DNA of 64,000 nucleotides from Eukaryota sp. TZLM1-RC (taxonomy: Eukaryota > Protista > Metamonada: BaSk clade): NCBI GenBank assembly GCA_040285825.1, contig JAUPSS010000002.1, positions 3,472,001 through 3,536,000 on the forward strand. Reading direction: 5' to 3'. A program made the translations under genes and the position numbers. This document shows, one piece after another, positions 40,463 through 51,689 of this stretch (position 1 is the stretch's first letter; every line of letters starts with the position of its first letter). The notes under the pieces are model-generated. The model did no database searches and was not told the DNA's origin. It saw only the letters and a program-made list of their open reading frames with translations.

Positions 40463-41207
40463 GTGACTGCTCTTGATTTTAAAGCAGAAGAGAAACATAA
40501 ATATGATAAAGATATTGAAGAGGCTAATGTCGATAGAAATACACAGCTGGTTTTTATTGCTTTCCCATTTTCGATAAATGGAAGATTATCAGTTGAAGCA
40601 GAAACTTTTTTGGATGACTTCCAAAAAATGGTGAAAGAAAAAACTTGAAAAGATTTGATATTTTTTTATGGCGTTCACGGATTCAATTTCCCATTGATAA
40701 TAGATTACCGCGGTTTTTCAATCAAATTAGAGAAGCTTTAGCTAGACAGCAAGCAAATCAAGATTTTGTAGAGGAAATCTTGGTTTAATGATAGTCGTCC
40801 CATTAGTTATGATTTAATTTAATCAAGTGTGCAAATTCAATAAATACAGTTTTAGATATTTAATAAATAATCTCTGACTTCATCATGTCTGTTTTTAATG
40901 CATCGTGAAACACCTTTACATTGAAAACTATGGTCTAAACCGAGATTTGTGTAACCACATCTGGGACACTGATGATAAAAATTAAATGATGATTAGGTGA
41001 GTTGCATGTAGTCCTTATGTACTAGATGTGATCAACTTGTGATCAAACTTTGTGTGAAATCGTTTGTGAGTAATGTTGGCTATGTGTTACTTGGTCAATA
41101 CATACTCATGATTACATTTTCGACTGATTTTGTATATATTTGAATTAATTGAGTTTATTAATCTTTAAACATTAAATTATAAAAATAGTAAAGAACCAAA
41201 AAGTAAG

Positions 41208-41675
41208 TTCACAAGTTTCAAGTTCACAAGATAACTCATACAAATAAGGACCGCAATTGGGAACTAACAGATGAGAATCATCAGGAAATCTACGAGAAAA
41301 TTCATAAATAAAATTTTTGCCACCACCCAAGAATGCTGATTGACACAAAATTGAAGATTTAGTAAATCCAATACCACCCAAATTTGCTGAAGAAAATAAG
41401 TGACTTTTCAACATTCCTGGTTCTACATCCAATAAATCAGCAAAAAATTCTGCTCTCAATGAATTAAATGAACGACAAAAATCTAATGCTATGGAAGGAG
41501 CACAAGATCTCAAAATGGTTTCTGATGCTTTGCTTTCTCTTGGATCTCACTATGAGAGAGTTGCATCTAGTGTTTTTGTTTTGGGAGAGATGTCTTTTTT
41601 AGATGTTGATTTATAGGTTTTTAATAAAATGAAATTAATTTAAAATTATTAAAAATAAAATAAAATGAATATTAA
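41208..41675. mobile_element. Family A copy with inverted 5' part
   Basis: Minus-strand piece ~41208-41515 joined to a plus-strand 3' end and tail; TSD AAAAAGTAAG at 41198-41207 and 41676-41685. Confidence 0.75.
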
Positions 41676-41685
41676 AAAAAGTAAG

Positions 41686-42270
41686 AAACCAATTATATTG
41701 TATGTGTAAGTCTCATAAAATAGAATCCTTTTTGGAAACTCTGTTGTCAAATCTGTTTGATACTGATGATTTTCATAATAATAGAGGTGATGTTATATTA
41801 CCTGGATTAGATGGAAGTTTCATTTTATTGGATGTAATGTCTGTTGATCCTTGTAATGCCTCAAATGAAAGGCTTGTTAATTCTGAAATTCATAATGCTC
41901 CTTCAAATGCTGAAAATTTCAAATTCAAAAAATACAATGAACCTTTGTCCAAATTGGCCAGTCTACTGCATGCAAAATACAATTTGTATCCATTTGTATT
42001 TTCCCTTTTTGGTTCACTTGCACCAACTGCTTTACGTTTTTTGGAAGATTTTGAAATGATTGTAAAGAGAAGAACTAGCGGAAATTTCAACAGATTGATT
42101 TGGCAAAATAGAATTGTGTTTTCTATTTTTAAAGGGATGTTGAAGATGGTTTCTGATGCTTTGCTTTCCCTTGGATCTCACTATGAGAGAGTTGCATTTA
42201 ATGATTTTGTTTTGGGAGAGATGGATTTTTTAGATGTTGATTTATAGGTTTTAATAAAATTTAATAAAAA
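41686..42270 (+). mobile_element. Older family A 3' copy
   Basis: ORF 41702-42247 carries several substitutions relative to young A copies. Confidence 0.85.
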
Positions 42271-42284
42271 AATATTTTTTAAGT

Positions 42285-43025
42285 TCTGTTTTTGACAATA
42301 GATGAAAAATCATCTATAAAAGAAAACGCAGTTTTACCCAAGGTTCCAAATAAAGAGAAAGCAAAAGGACAAAGAAGGTATTGAGTATGTGAGTTGGAAT
42401 TCAGATTATTGATTTTTTCAGCATATTTGATAATTTTCGCTTCTTCGGCATAAAGGTGAATTCTAAGATGGTGCTAATTTTTTATTTCAGCTATTTGATA
42501 CATCAGTAGATCTGACGTCAATAATGATCATTGATCCATCAAGACAGGGAACTAACACATCACCGCGGCTATCACCAAAAGAATTTCTGTCGGCTTCATC
42601 AGCCAAATTTGAAAGCAAAGGTTCTAAAAAGGATTGGATCTTGTAAGACTTAAACATACAATAGAGCTGATCACGGATTGCATCATGCACTTTTGATCTA
42701 AAAGTAATAAAACGATTACAATTAAATGAATGGGTTGGAGTAACAGTCTTTCCATATTTACAAATTAAACCATATGGAAGATTATCAGGCCAAATAAAAG
42801 ATCGAAGACGCATACATAATAAAAAGCAAGGGTCATCTAGAAACAAATCATGAATTCTTGGAACTTGATTAATTAAACAAGACACAAAACTATCACAAAC
42901 ATCCAGTAAAAAAATTGCAAAAGCGGGATTTTTTTGTTTGGCCATGCCAAGACGTACTTCATAATCCAAGTCTTTAAATATTATTGTCAGTTTTTGTTGA
43001 AGCTTCTTAACACAATACCTTAAAT
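42285..43025 (-). mobile_element. Degenerate sister family (F) of A/B
   Basis: ORF 42487-43107: IWPDNLP..CKY..HSFNC..HDAIRDQ..RGD..DV. Confidence 0.8.
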
Positions 43026-43190
43026 AGCTCTCAATTGCTCGTACTGCATCTTTTCTGCTAGAGAATCTCGTATATGGTTGTCTAATGGAGTAGAAAGATA
43101 GAAACACATTATGGGTGGTGACTTAAAAGTGTTGCAATCTCCTTTCACGTTGATTGTTGATAGGAAAATTTGATTTGATTAATAAAAAGT
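43026..43190 (+). mobile_element. 3' stub of the HERO-like element
   Basis: Aligns by eye to the reverse complement of 51690-51850. Confidence 0.7.
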
Positions 43191-43422
43191 ATTTTATATA
43201 TGAATATGTTTGATAGTGGAATCCATTCCCACTTGGTGGCTTGTTTGAATGTGTTTGCAATTGCTGAAGACAAAATGAGAGGTAATGAAAGGCCTCAGTA
43301 TGTGAGTAGTAAATGATTTTTGTAATTCATCCACACAGAAATTGATTATGCACACATGGGGAATTTCCCCACTTCCATTTTTGCGAACCTACAGATTCTT
43401 ATAGGATAGCTGTAATGTTTCA

Positions 43423-43659
43423 ATGGTTTCTTTTCTGGTAAAAGCTCTTCTATGTTGTCCTGCGAAAGCTGCTGGTACGTACAGTCCACCTCCATCTCCA
43501 CATAGTACCAGTGTGTTGTTGGCAGAAAGTGACCAGGAAGGTGCACCACTTCGTGTACCTGGAGTTTTTGTTGCACACAGGTGTGAACCAAAGGTAGAGG
43601 AATTTGACGAAGATTCACCTCCATCATATGAAGGGGTTGGTCTGGGTTCACTTGATTAG
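43423..43659 (+). CDS. Possible small Pro/Ser/acidic host protein or terminal exon
   Basis: Island with GC content like the host genes; contains LLCC and PPSY motifs; no recognised domain. Confidence 0.3.
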   Translation: MVSFLVKALLCCPAKAAGTYSPPPSPHSTSVLLAESDQEGAPLRVPGVFVAHRCEPKVEEFDEDSPPSYEGVGLGSLD

Positions 43660-45773
43660 CAAAAGGTGACCGATATTCATTTAGGTCTTTTTAATTGTCC
43701 TCTATAAAATCAAGTGTCGATCTTTGGTCATTCAAGTTGCAGTATTGTCGATCAACGTGTTCGGAATCTCATTTGCTCTTACAAATATTACAGAGGTCAT
43801 CTCAGTTCTTAATTTGACCCAAGTCACTGTTAATTTGAACAATGTTGTACAAATGAGCACATCTATATATATATATTTGAACTTCGAAAATTTGATCTTA
43901 TCACTGAAGACTGAATAGTCACACAAAAGAAGAACGTTTATTAGATAACTATGTTGAACATCAAAGAATGAGTTGATTACAGAATAGTTGAAAACTACCT
44001 TCAGAATCTGATCCTTTTGTTGTACTGTGCGCAATTAGTCGAGTACATTTTATATGATAGACTTCACTAGTGATTTCTTTTATAGGAACCGCTGAATTTT
44101 AATAAATATACTTTTATTCCTGTCATCTTATGATTTCAGCAAAATCACTTTGTTCTTTGGATTGAGCTGTAATGTCAGAACTAAAGAAGTCACCAATTCT
44201 TCTTATTGGTTTTTGCTCACTGATCCCTTACTTAGCACTTCATTCATATTTGATGTCAAAATAACACTTCAGTAGCTTAGAACAAACTGTGTTTTGTGAA
44301 AAAATTCAGAAAATTGAGAATATTGATGCTTCACTTTGGAGTACCACTGAACAAAGCTCATTATAGATAGTCCGTATTCTAATATGTGAGTTGAAGTTGC
44401 GAACATTTGCAACCTTTATTAACCAAAACTCATTCCTTGTGACTTATTTAAATGAAAACGCTTACTTATGTTCAAGTGCATTTTCAGAATTTTCATCGGT
44501 ATAAGGTGATAACTCTTATTGTGGAACAAATTAACATCTGTTTCACTGTTGAGGAGGCATAATTGTAACAATCATAGTTGGTGTTATTTGGTAAGAAATA
44601 ATCGAGGACAAACTGGACAAGATGATGTTGTACCAAACCAATTACATTGTATGTGTAAGTCTCATAGAATTGAATTCTTTTTTGGAACTTCTGTTGTCAA
44701 ATCTCTTTGATGCCGAAGATGATTTTTATAAGAATAACAGAGATGATGTCATATGACTTGGATTAGATTGAACCTTTATTTTAGTGGATGTTGTGTCTGT
44801 TGACCCTTGTAAAGTCTCAAATGAAAGGTTTGTTAATTCTGAAGTTCATAATCCCCTTTCAAATGCTGAAAATTTCAAAATCGAAAAATCCAATGAACAA
44901 ATACACTTTTCTTTTGATAACAATGTATTAATAAGGGTATTCAAATATAATCTGATTTTTGTTACAAACGCTTCATTAGTAACACACAGTCCAAATCTTC
45001 GTTGTACAGTGGTCACAAACAGTGAAGTATCTGATGACTTATTTTCAGCTTTTTGCAATAACAATGAGTTGAGATCTTGATTGAAAACAGCCAAGCTGCA
45101 TACATTTTTATAAAGATCATTTTCAGACATTCCAGTTGGTCGTTTTTGTAATGTTTCATAAGTGTGTTTTAAATTTATATAATTTTTTCGGGTATATTGC
45201 CATTGGGTGATTGGGGAAAGTATTGAATACATCTTTCTTCATCAATTTTTAAAAATTTCCTCATGTAAAGCAGTAACAGTTGAGCTTTCGGTTGTGTTAG
45301 TAAATCTTCCCAATCGGCAAATCTTTCAGAAAACTCAACTATTGCATATCTGCATCCACCAATAAAAGCACACGAATAAGAATTGAGGTTTTTGTCCAAC
45401 CTAAACCTCCTTCGTGTGGACTAAGAAAAGCACGATCAGCAAGTTGGGACATTTTACATCCTATTAATTATGACAGAACTTTTGCACGTAATTCAACAAA
45501 CTTCTGAGCCAATGTCCTGGAGACTAGAGGATATGTAGGTCGAAATTTGTAATTAAAGTTGATATTGAATTAAAGTCTTAGATTGGTAAATTTGATGAGT
45601 TTCTGTGCATCGAATTTCATCATTTGGTAAATTTTCTCGAAAATTGAATTGCACTTATCAAACAATTCTTTGGTAATTTCATCATTATTTTCTAAAAATG
45701 AACCCAATTGACGACTAGCATCAACTGAATATAACTTGGCTTTAATCTCAATACGATCAACTATTGTTGAAAT

Positions 45774-46865
45774 TGTTGTTGTTACTGATTAACTAGGCTG
45801 GTAAACAGATGAAAAATTCACGTGATGACGTGGCACTTGTTCAAGAACAAGTATATTAATAAAACCTCTTTTTTCTTCTTTTTTTCTTCTTTGGTATTTC
45901 TGCCTAACGACATCAATAATTATTGGCACCCATTGCAGATGATATCTACACGCGTACTACATCCGTCCCTTGCTTCTATGGAAGTGGATGATGTGCTGTT
46001 GTGCTTACAACAGTGGAAGGTGTACTCTTCTGTTACACTGAAGAAGGACCTTGTTCCAGTAAGGCTTCTCGTTGACCCCTTTTTGTTAGAATCATTGGTT
46101 CTCACAAGACCTGGGGTTGCTTTATCCGATGAGGTGTTTTTGAATCATTTAAGATCCTTTACCTCGTTTTCCTCGTACGAGGAATTCAACTTGGTGATGT
46201 CTGAGTTGAAGGTTAATGTCCGTAAGGGCTACGTCCGGGAACGCATGTCCTGCTACTTGAGATGTTTTCTCCAGGCGAAAAGCAGGGCTTCCGGACAGAA
46301 ATTGCCTGACTCAGCCTTCATGATCGGATTTGCCAAGGGTATTCTTCCATTAGGACTGCAGAAATTTCTAATTTCTCGAATTCGAAATAAGGTATTCCCC
46401 GAGTTTCCTACCTTGGTGGATATCACAAATGATGAATTTGTGGATTGCACACGAGTAGCTTCTTGGAAGAGGTCTTCAAAGAATGTTTCTGAAAATACTG
46501 ACTCTGTGCGTTAAGCTGGTATGAAATCTCGTTCATTCCATAGATCTCGCAATCTGACTGACGGGACATGTTTCAAAGGTCATCAGAAAGGTCATCTAGC
46601 TCGTAATTGCCCCTCTAAAGTTAAGCACGAAGTAAATCATTTCCATCACGTGCCACATTATTTTACAAATCCCCTATCCTCATTATGATGAATTGTTTTC
46701 GAAACTGTTGAAAGAAAAAGGGAAGAAGTAGTGTTGTTGTTACTGATATACTAGGCTGGTAGACAGATGAGGAATTCACGTGATGACGTGGCACTTTTCA
46801 AGAACAAGTATCTTTATTAATAAAGCCTTTGTTTTCATCTTTGGTATTTCTGCCAAACGGCATCA
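45774..46865 (+). mobile_element. Miniature non-autonomous LTR retrotransposon with gag only
   Basis: LTRs 45774-45915 and 46732-46865 (TG...CA); PBS-like TGGCACCC at 45924; polypurine tract 46710-46731; AAAT/AAAC flanks. Confidence 0.88.
45939..46688 (+). pseudogene. gag: Gag-like ORF with a premature TAA (46512) and a decayed zinc knuckle
   Basis: The same frame continues past the stop to CFKGHQKGHLARNC, i.e. CX2CX4HX4C with the second C replaced by G. Confidence 0.75.
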
Positions 46866-47683
46866 AAACTGGAGAAATGGAAAGTGAAAAACATTTAAGT
46901 AAGTTAAATCGAATGCCAATTTTGTTGAATAATTCTTTAAAACATAAAGTTGCTTTTCAGACAGTCGTTAAGTCACCTATAAGAACAACATGATTTTATA
47001 AAAGCAATCACTTTTAAGGTAGGAAACATTGCTTAAATCTGTAATACATTTGGATGATTTGCCATACAAATCAAAAGAGGTCCATAGGGATCTCCTTGCT
47101 TAACACACCATGATTATTTCAAAATAGAATCAGCAAAATGCAAATCAGAATTTGTGCAATATGTTGTTTGAAAATTCAATAACAATTCTGGCAAGTGATT
47201 CCACAAAGCACCAGGAGTATTGCGCCAATGAATTGAATTAAAGGCATTACTAAAATCCATATACATAAAAGCATTGGATTCATTTTGATGAAATAAAATG
47301 TAATAAAAATGTTGATAAAATGAAATGTAAGTTGAAAATTAACCAAATCTCAAAAGTACCTGAAAATCAAAATTCAAGCAATGCTGATTGGTCTTAATCA
47401 GCTAGAAATTGCAATTAGTGAGCACTACTATGGAACAAGACAAGTAGCGTTCCAAACACCACAAAGCAACTAGCTTTAAAGCTACGTCTTGTTTTAGAAG
47501 AGAAATGGACTCACTGATATTGGTGCTCAATTATTCGAGATTCTAGAACGTCATTGGACGATCTCACCAAAGATGAAAGTTCTTGCAATAAGTTTGAATG
47601 GCACTTGAAGATAGTACTACATTTAAAATGAAAACCAGAGAAACGTCACTTTCCGAAAAACATCGGTCACAAACTTGCAGTTA

Positions 47684-49171
47684 ATGGAACCCACACCCCA
47701 GCCATATCCACCACTGCAGCCTCAGGCGTTTCCGCCGATGCATCCGTCTCAGTTTTATGCGGATCACCCAGAATATGCACAGTTTCAAATGCCAGCATAT
47801 CCCTCAATCCAGCAACAGCTCTACCAAGTTACACAAGAAGTTGCGTATCCTCACCCAGGGCATCATTTTCCTTCAGATAGGGATTGTGATTACCGCAAAG
47901 ATGTAGATTTTTACAATCAACATGATGTAAAAACCATGACGCCTCGTGGCTCGCCTCCAGTAAGAGAAGCACGTGGCCACAGGGATAGGAGTAGGAGAAG
48001 AGGGGGTTATGGTCCTTCCAAAGTTCATCATCAATCACGGGATTCTCGTGATTTGGACGATAGGGCTCCACAAGGAGTAGTTTCTTCTGTTTTTGGATAT
48101 CGTTTGTCCAACTTTGCTTCAACACCTGAACTTGAAAATAGATATCCCTCTCTATTTGTTAGTCCACAGTTTAGTGGGGTCGTCCACACTTACTCAACAA
48201 GTAGTTTTCCAATAGTAGAATCTCAGTTAACCAACTTGCCCCGAATTTGCCTGCACCAAGGTTGTAATATTCAGATAGAGAACTTATCTACATCCAACAC
48301 TTCTGAAATTTCCCCAGTAGTAGTCAATGTCAATGGGTGCAATACTATCTATCGGGTTGGACTAGTTATCATCAACTCTGTTACTTCTCCAGAAAGTCCT
48401 GATACTGATGCTCTTGCAAGTATAGAGTTTTTGCGAGTTCAAAGGTCTATCCCTCAAAAATCAGCCCTGTCAAACACAAGGGTTTCAACAACCCTTCCAT
48501 ATGCTTGGGTGACGGAAAAGCAACTTGAAGATGGTGAAGTAACCGATAAATCACTGCTGGCAACAGCTTCTTTCTTAGTGAATGGTATAACAGGTATGGA
48601 TTGTACATCAAGTTTGACCAAGTTTGCTGAATTTGCTTACTCTCGACCGTTTAGCTCCTCCTCCTGGAATACTCCTGCTTTCTGCTCCAGGGAAGACGGC
48701 AATGCTACTCCTCTTGTGGAAAGAGTTGTAGTGTTTGCTGCCCATGCTAGTTCCCTTGCTAAGCTAGATGCTGAGAACTGTTCGCTCAAGCTGTCTAATC
48801 ACACAGTGTCCGGCTCACTCTCATTTGAGTCTCTGTCCGAGTCTCTCTTGTTTAACTACTCTAACCAAAGCCAAGATTACTTTGAACTTTGTTTAACTGC
48901 GCTTTTGCTTGAAGTTTCGCTCCTTCAGGATTCAGTATTTATGGTTGCAAGTCGGCTCAACAGTTTGAACGACTCTTTTTCAGATCCATTGCTTTCTGTT
49001 GCCGTTTCTCTTCTAGATTGTTCAAAATCCGGGTATTTTAAACCTTGGGAGTTGGTCAATGCTTTGTCAGCATTTGGCATTCCCAGGTCACTTGCTGAGA
49101 CTCTTGTTCAAAAAGCAGATCCAGGTAAGATAAACAAAGTCGACATCAAGCTTTTATTGTCTAGTTTGTAG
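47684..49171 (+). CDS. Hypothetical host protein with P/Q/Y-rich N-terminus, Arg-rich patch and C-terminal EF-hand-like pair
   Basis: Long open ORF, higher GC than flanks; DCSKSGYFKPWEL and DPGKINKVDIKL resemble EF loops. Confidence 0.75.
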   Translation: MEPTPQPYPPLQPQAFPPMHPSQFYADHPEYAQFQMPAYPSIQQQLYQVTQEVAYPHPGHHFPSDRDCDYRKDVDFYNQHDVKTMTPRGSPPVREARGHRDRSRRRGGYGPSKVHHQSRDSRDLDDRAPQGVVSSVFGYRLSNFASTPELENRYPSLFVSPQFSGVVHTYSTSSFPIVESQLTNLPRICLHQGCNIQIENLSTSNTSEISPVVVNVNGCNTIYRVGLVIINSVTSPESPDTDALASIEFLRVQRSIPQKSALSNTRVSTTLPYAWVTEKQLEDGEVTDKSLLATASFLVNGITGMDCTSSLTKFAEFAYSRPFSSSSWNTPAFCSREDGNATPLVERVVVFAAHASSLAKLDAENCSLKLSNHTVSGSLSFESLSESLLFNYSNQSQDYFELCLTALLLEVSLLQDSVFMVASRLNSLNDSFSDPLLSVAVSLLDCSKSGYFKPWELVNALSAFGIPRSLAETLVQKADPGKINKVDIKLLLSSL

Positions 49172-49494
49172 TCTTTATAGTTTTATGTATTTAATTTTTT
49201 GTGTTTATAAAATTTCATGCATTTTCATTTTAAATAGTTCAACAATACCAAGTTGTTTTCCAAACTCTTGTAGCCTTTTTTCAAAAATTGCTCCACAAAT
49301 TCCAAACAAAATTTGAAAAATATGGTGTAGAGTGAAATGTAATAACAGAGAATTCAAATATGAAGAGTTAAAACAAATTGTGTGTAACAAAAAACAACCA
49401 AAAAGTAATCGACTTGTATAAACAACAAATTTGGTATAAATAACAATGATACCAAAAAGAAACAAAACAAAACAAAACAAATAGTTTACAAAGT

Positions 49495-49813
49495 TCAATG
49501 AACCGGCGATACTAAGAGCACATTGTCCCCTCTGACAAACAGCAGCTCATGATTAGTACTCTGTTTGGACAACTGAATCTCAGCAGTATCTAGATCATCA
49601 GATGAAAGAGTCTTGAGAGTTGTTGTGTATGTGACATTACTGAGAACGACATTGAAATGTTGATCATATGCCTAGAATATGAGAGAAATGAAAGTAGCAT
49701 ACATGTAAGGTACCTTCCATTATATCACGATTGCGCAGTTTAACCAGCACAGGGTGAGAAAGACATGCTTTGAGGAGATCTAAGGGAGAAGAAAACGGAT
49801 GGGAGAGAGACAT
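49495..49813 (-). CDS. LSM3: U6 snRNA-associated Sm-like protein LSm3, two exons (49813-49703 and 49671-49495), 95 aa
   Basis: Manual translation gives PLDLLK..VKLRN..GTLH|AYDQHFNVVL..LLFVRGDNVLLVSP; 31-nt GTATG..CTAG intron. Confidence 0.9.
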
Positions 49814-49949
49814 TGATTCGAGTTATGGTCAATTTAATGTGGTGATTTGCTGGAACGGCCACAATTTAAAACTTAACCAAAAACCTTAACTTATACTTTT
49901 ACCTACTCAAACCCAATTGAATGACGGCAGATTTTCGCTATTCACTTGG

Positions 49950-50690
49950 GAAGCAACTCGCTTATTATAAAACTCCGTAATGTTATTCAAAATGGAGTTA
50001 ATATAATAGGAAGAGCTTTCAATAACGAAAATATGATTCTGTTCTTCCAATTAAAAAAATCAAATGTACGACCACTTTGAGAAGTTTTTCTAAATCATCT
50101 AAAAAGTTTAGACCTTCACTTCCAATGGCACCGAAAAGTGAACTCCCAATTGGGACAACTTGATGTTTCTGCTTTTTGCTCTATTGAGACGTTGTAGGAG
50201 GGCTTCGTATTTGGATCTCTTGAAAAGCTCTGTAACTTTTAGTACATGTTGAATGTCACAATTGGGACTTTGTTTCCACAGGAATACAGTGGTACAATCG
50301 ATTAATTTTTCAGTTCCAGCATACCACACATTGAATATCACCTCGTTTATGTCTCAAACTGAAATTTAATTCATCAAAAAGAGGTTCCAAACGAACTGGA
50401 TAATGAGCACATTTTAATAGATCATAAATACAATCACGAACAACATTGTGGATAAATGGTCTTTTTTGAGTGAATTACGAGCAGGAAATAAGGTGATCAA
50501 AAGAGCCATAAGCACCACATTTACAGTTCAAATCTGATAAGTATTGAGGAGGAGGTAGATTTAGTCTAATTCCCATTATCGGGAAAAATTGAGTGTCTGA
50601 AAACCGTGTTCCAAACTTCAAGTGCAGAATAAATGTTTTCGCCCAAATGAGATAAATTTTGTTTTTCCAAGTTGGAATGGAACAAGAATT
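49950..50690 (-). pseudogene. Degenerate C-terminal part of another CRE-like family (G)
   Basis: Manual translation gives CKCG..DHLISC..IHNVVRD..LEP..KRGDI; KSKY-like motif (RSKY) in ORF 50108-50341. Confidence 0.7.
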
Positions 50691-50693
50691 TAT

Positions 50694-51590
50694 TTAAATT
50701 ATTTTTGGTTTCGAAAAGTGAATTTGATTAACAATTTGAATTTGCAATAAAATAGATTGAATGGCCAAAGAAAACAAAAGAGGTCTTAAAGGATACCCTT
50801 GTTTTACACCACTTGATGATTTCAAAATGGAATCACCAAAATGCAAATCAGAATTTGTGCTACTCTTTGTTTGAAAACAGGACATTAATACTGGCAAATA
50901 TTGTAACAAAGCACCATGAATACTGCAACGACTAATTGAATTGAATGCATTGCTAAAATCCAACGAAATACAAACATTGGATTCATTTTGATGAAATAAA
51001 ACATCTGTAGCAAATACTGCTGAAGAAACTCCATCAGTGGTATTAATTCCATACTGAAAGGGCAACAAATTTTGTTTTGTTTTTTCATTGAATCTATTTA
51101 AGCAGCATGTAGAAAAAATGTTGTGTAAACTTTCGGAGACCGCAATTGGACGAACATCCATTTTTGAATTTCTTACAAGTGTAGTCAAACGTGAATCTTA
51201 ATTCTTCAGGATTTTCAAGTTGACCAGTTAAAATTCTATTAAAAAATTTGGTTAATAAAATAAGACAATCTTCTGAAGAAATAACCGTAGCTTTGATATA
51301 ATCAATCGAAAGCCCAGAAAGACCTGCAGACTTTCTGCGTGGTCGCTTTTTGATCACTGAAAATACTTCTGATGTCATCAATGGATGGCTTTCCCAATAA
51401 TCTCCATAATAATTTTGTTCCATTATTGGGTTTTCCAATGGATGAAGGATCTTGAGTTTATCTACAGGTTGTTGCTTATTGGGAACCTTGACTCTTGAAT
51501 TTAAAATAGACAAAGCACTAGACCACTTGTTATCAAAGTACTTATCTTCAAAAATTTTGCTCAATTTCTCAGATGACAGTTTTCTTGGCG
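50694..51590 (-). pseudogene. Old E-like RT fragment
   Basis: MDVRPIAVSESL, LDFSNAFNS, SGVKQGYPL. Confidence 0.85.
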
Positions 51591-51689
51591 CATAAAATAA
51601 TATAATATTAGTACAATATTATTTTAATTATTACATTGTATTATATACATCAAAATTTTCATGGTTTTGTGAAAGTAAATATGTTTTAA

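Larger units (their letters stand above)
24100..40845 (+). mobile_element. Family E copy acting as a scaffold, stretched to ~16.7 kb by nested insertions
   Basis: Collinear E pieces at ~24100-25578, 28600-28848, 30762-30960 (duplicated at 34902-35100), ~39243-39565 and 40463-40845. Confidence 0.85.
44636..47300. pseudogene. Old A-like (+, to ~44900) and E-like (-) retroelement relics; the E-like relic is interrupted by the LTR element
   Basis: ORFs 44784, 44846 and 45175 resemble A and E; the RT remnant continues at 46866-47300. Confidence 0.75.

Noticed and set aside
1-40845. Bacterial RT systems (group II intron, retron, DGR) or a CRISPR array
   Set aside because: Poly(A) tails, TSDs, RLE domains and eukaryotic neighbours; no regular repeat-spacer pattern.
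46512-46514. Non-standard genetic code (TAA or TGA read as sense)
   Set aside because: PDI ends KDDL-TAA and LSm3 ends in TGA at the expected positions; internal stops occur only in decayed elements.
47434-47493. 13-bp bulged hairpin upstream of the orphan gene
   Set aside because: Single instance with no recognisable RNA motifs; compatible with chance.
49205-49498. 97-aa minus-strand ORF and the many short antisense or alternate-frame ORFs within elements
   Set aside because: Low-complexity sequence downstream of LSm3 with an (AAAAC)n run, or shadows of the retroelement frames.
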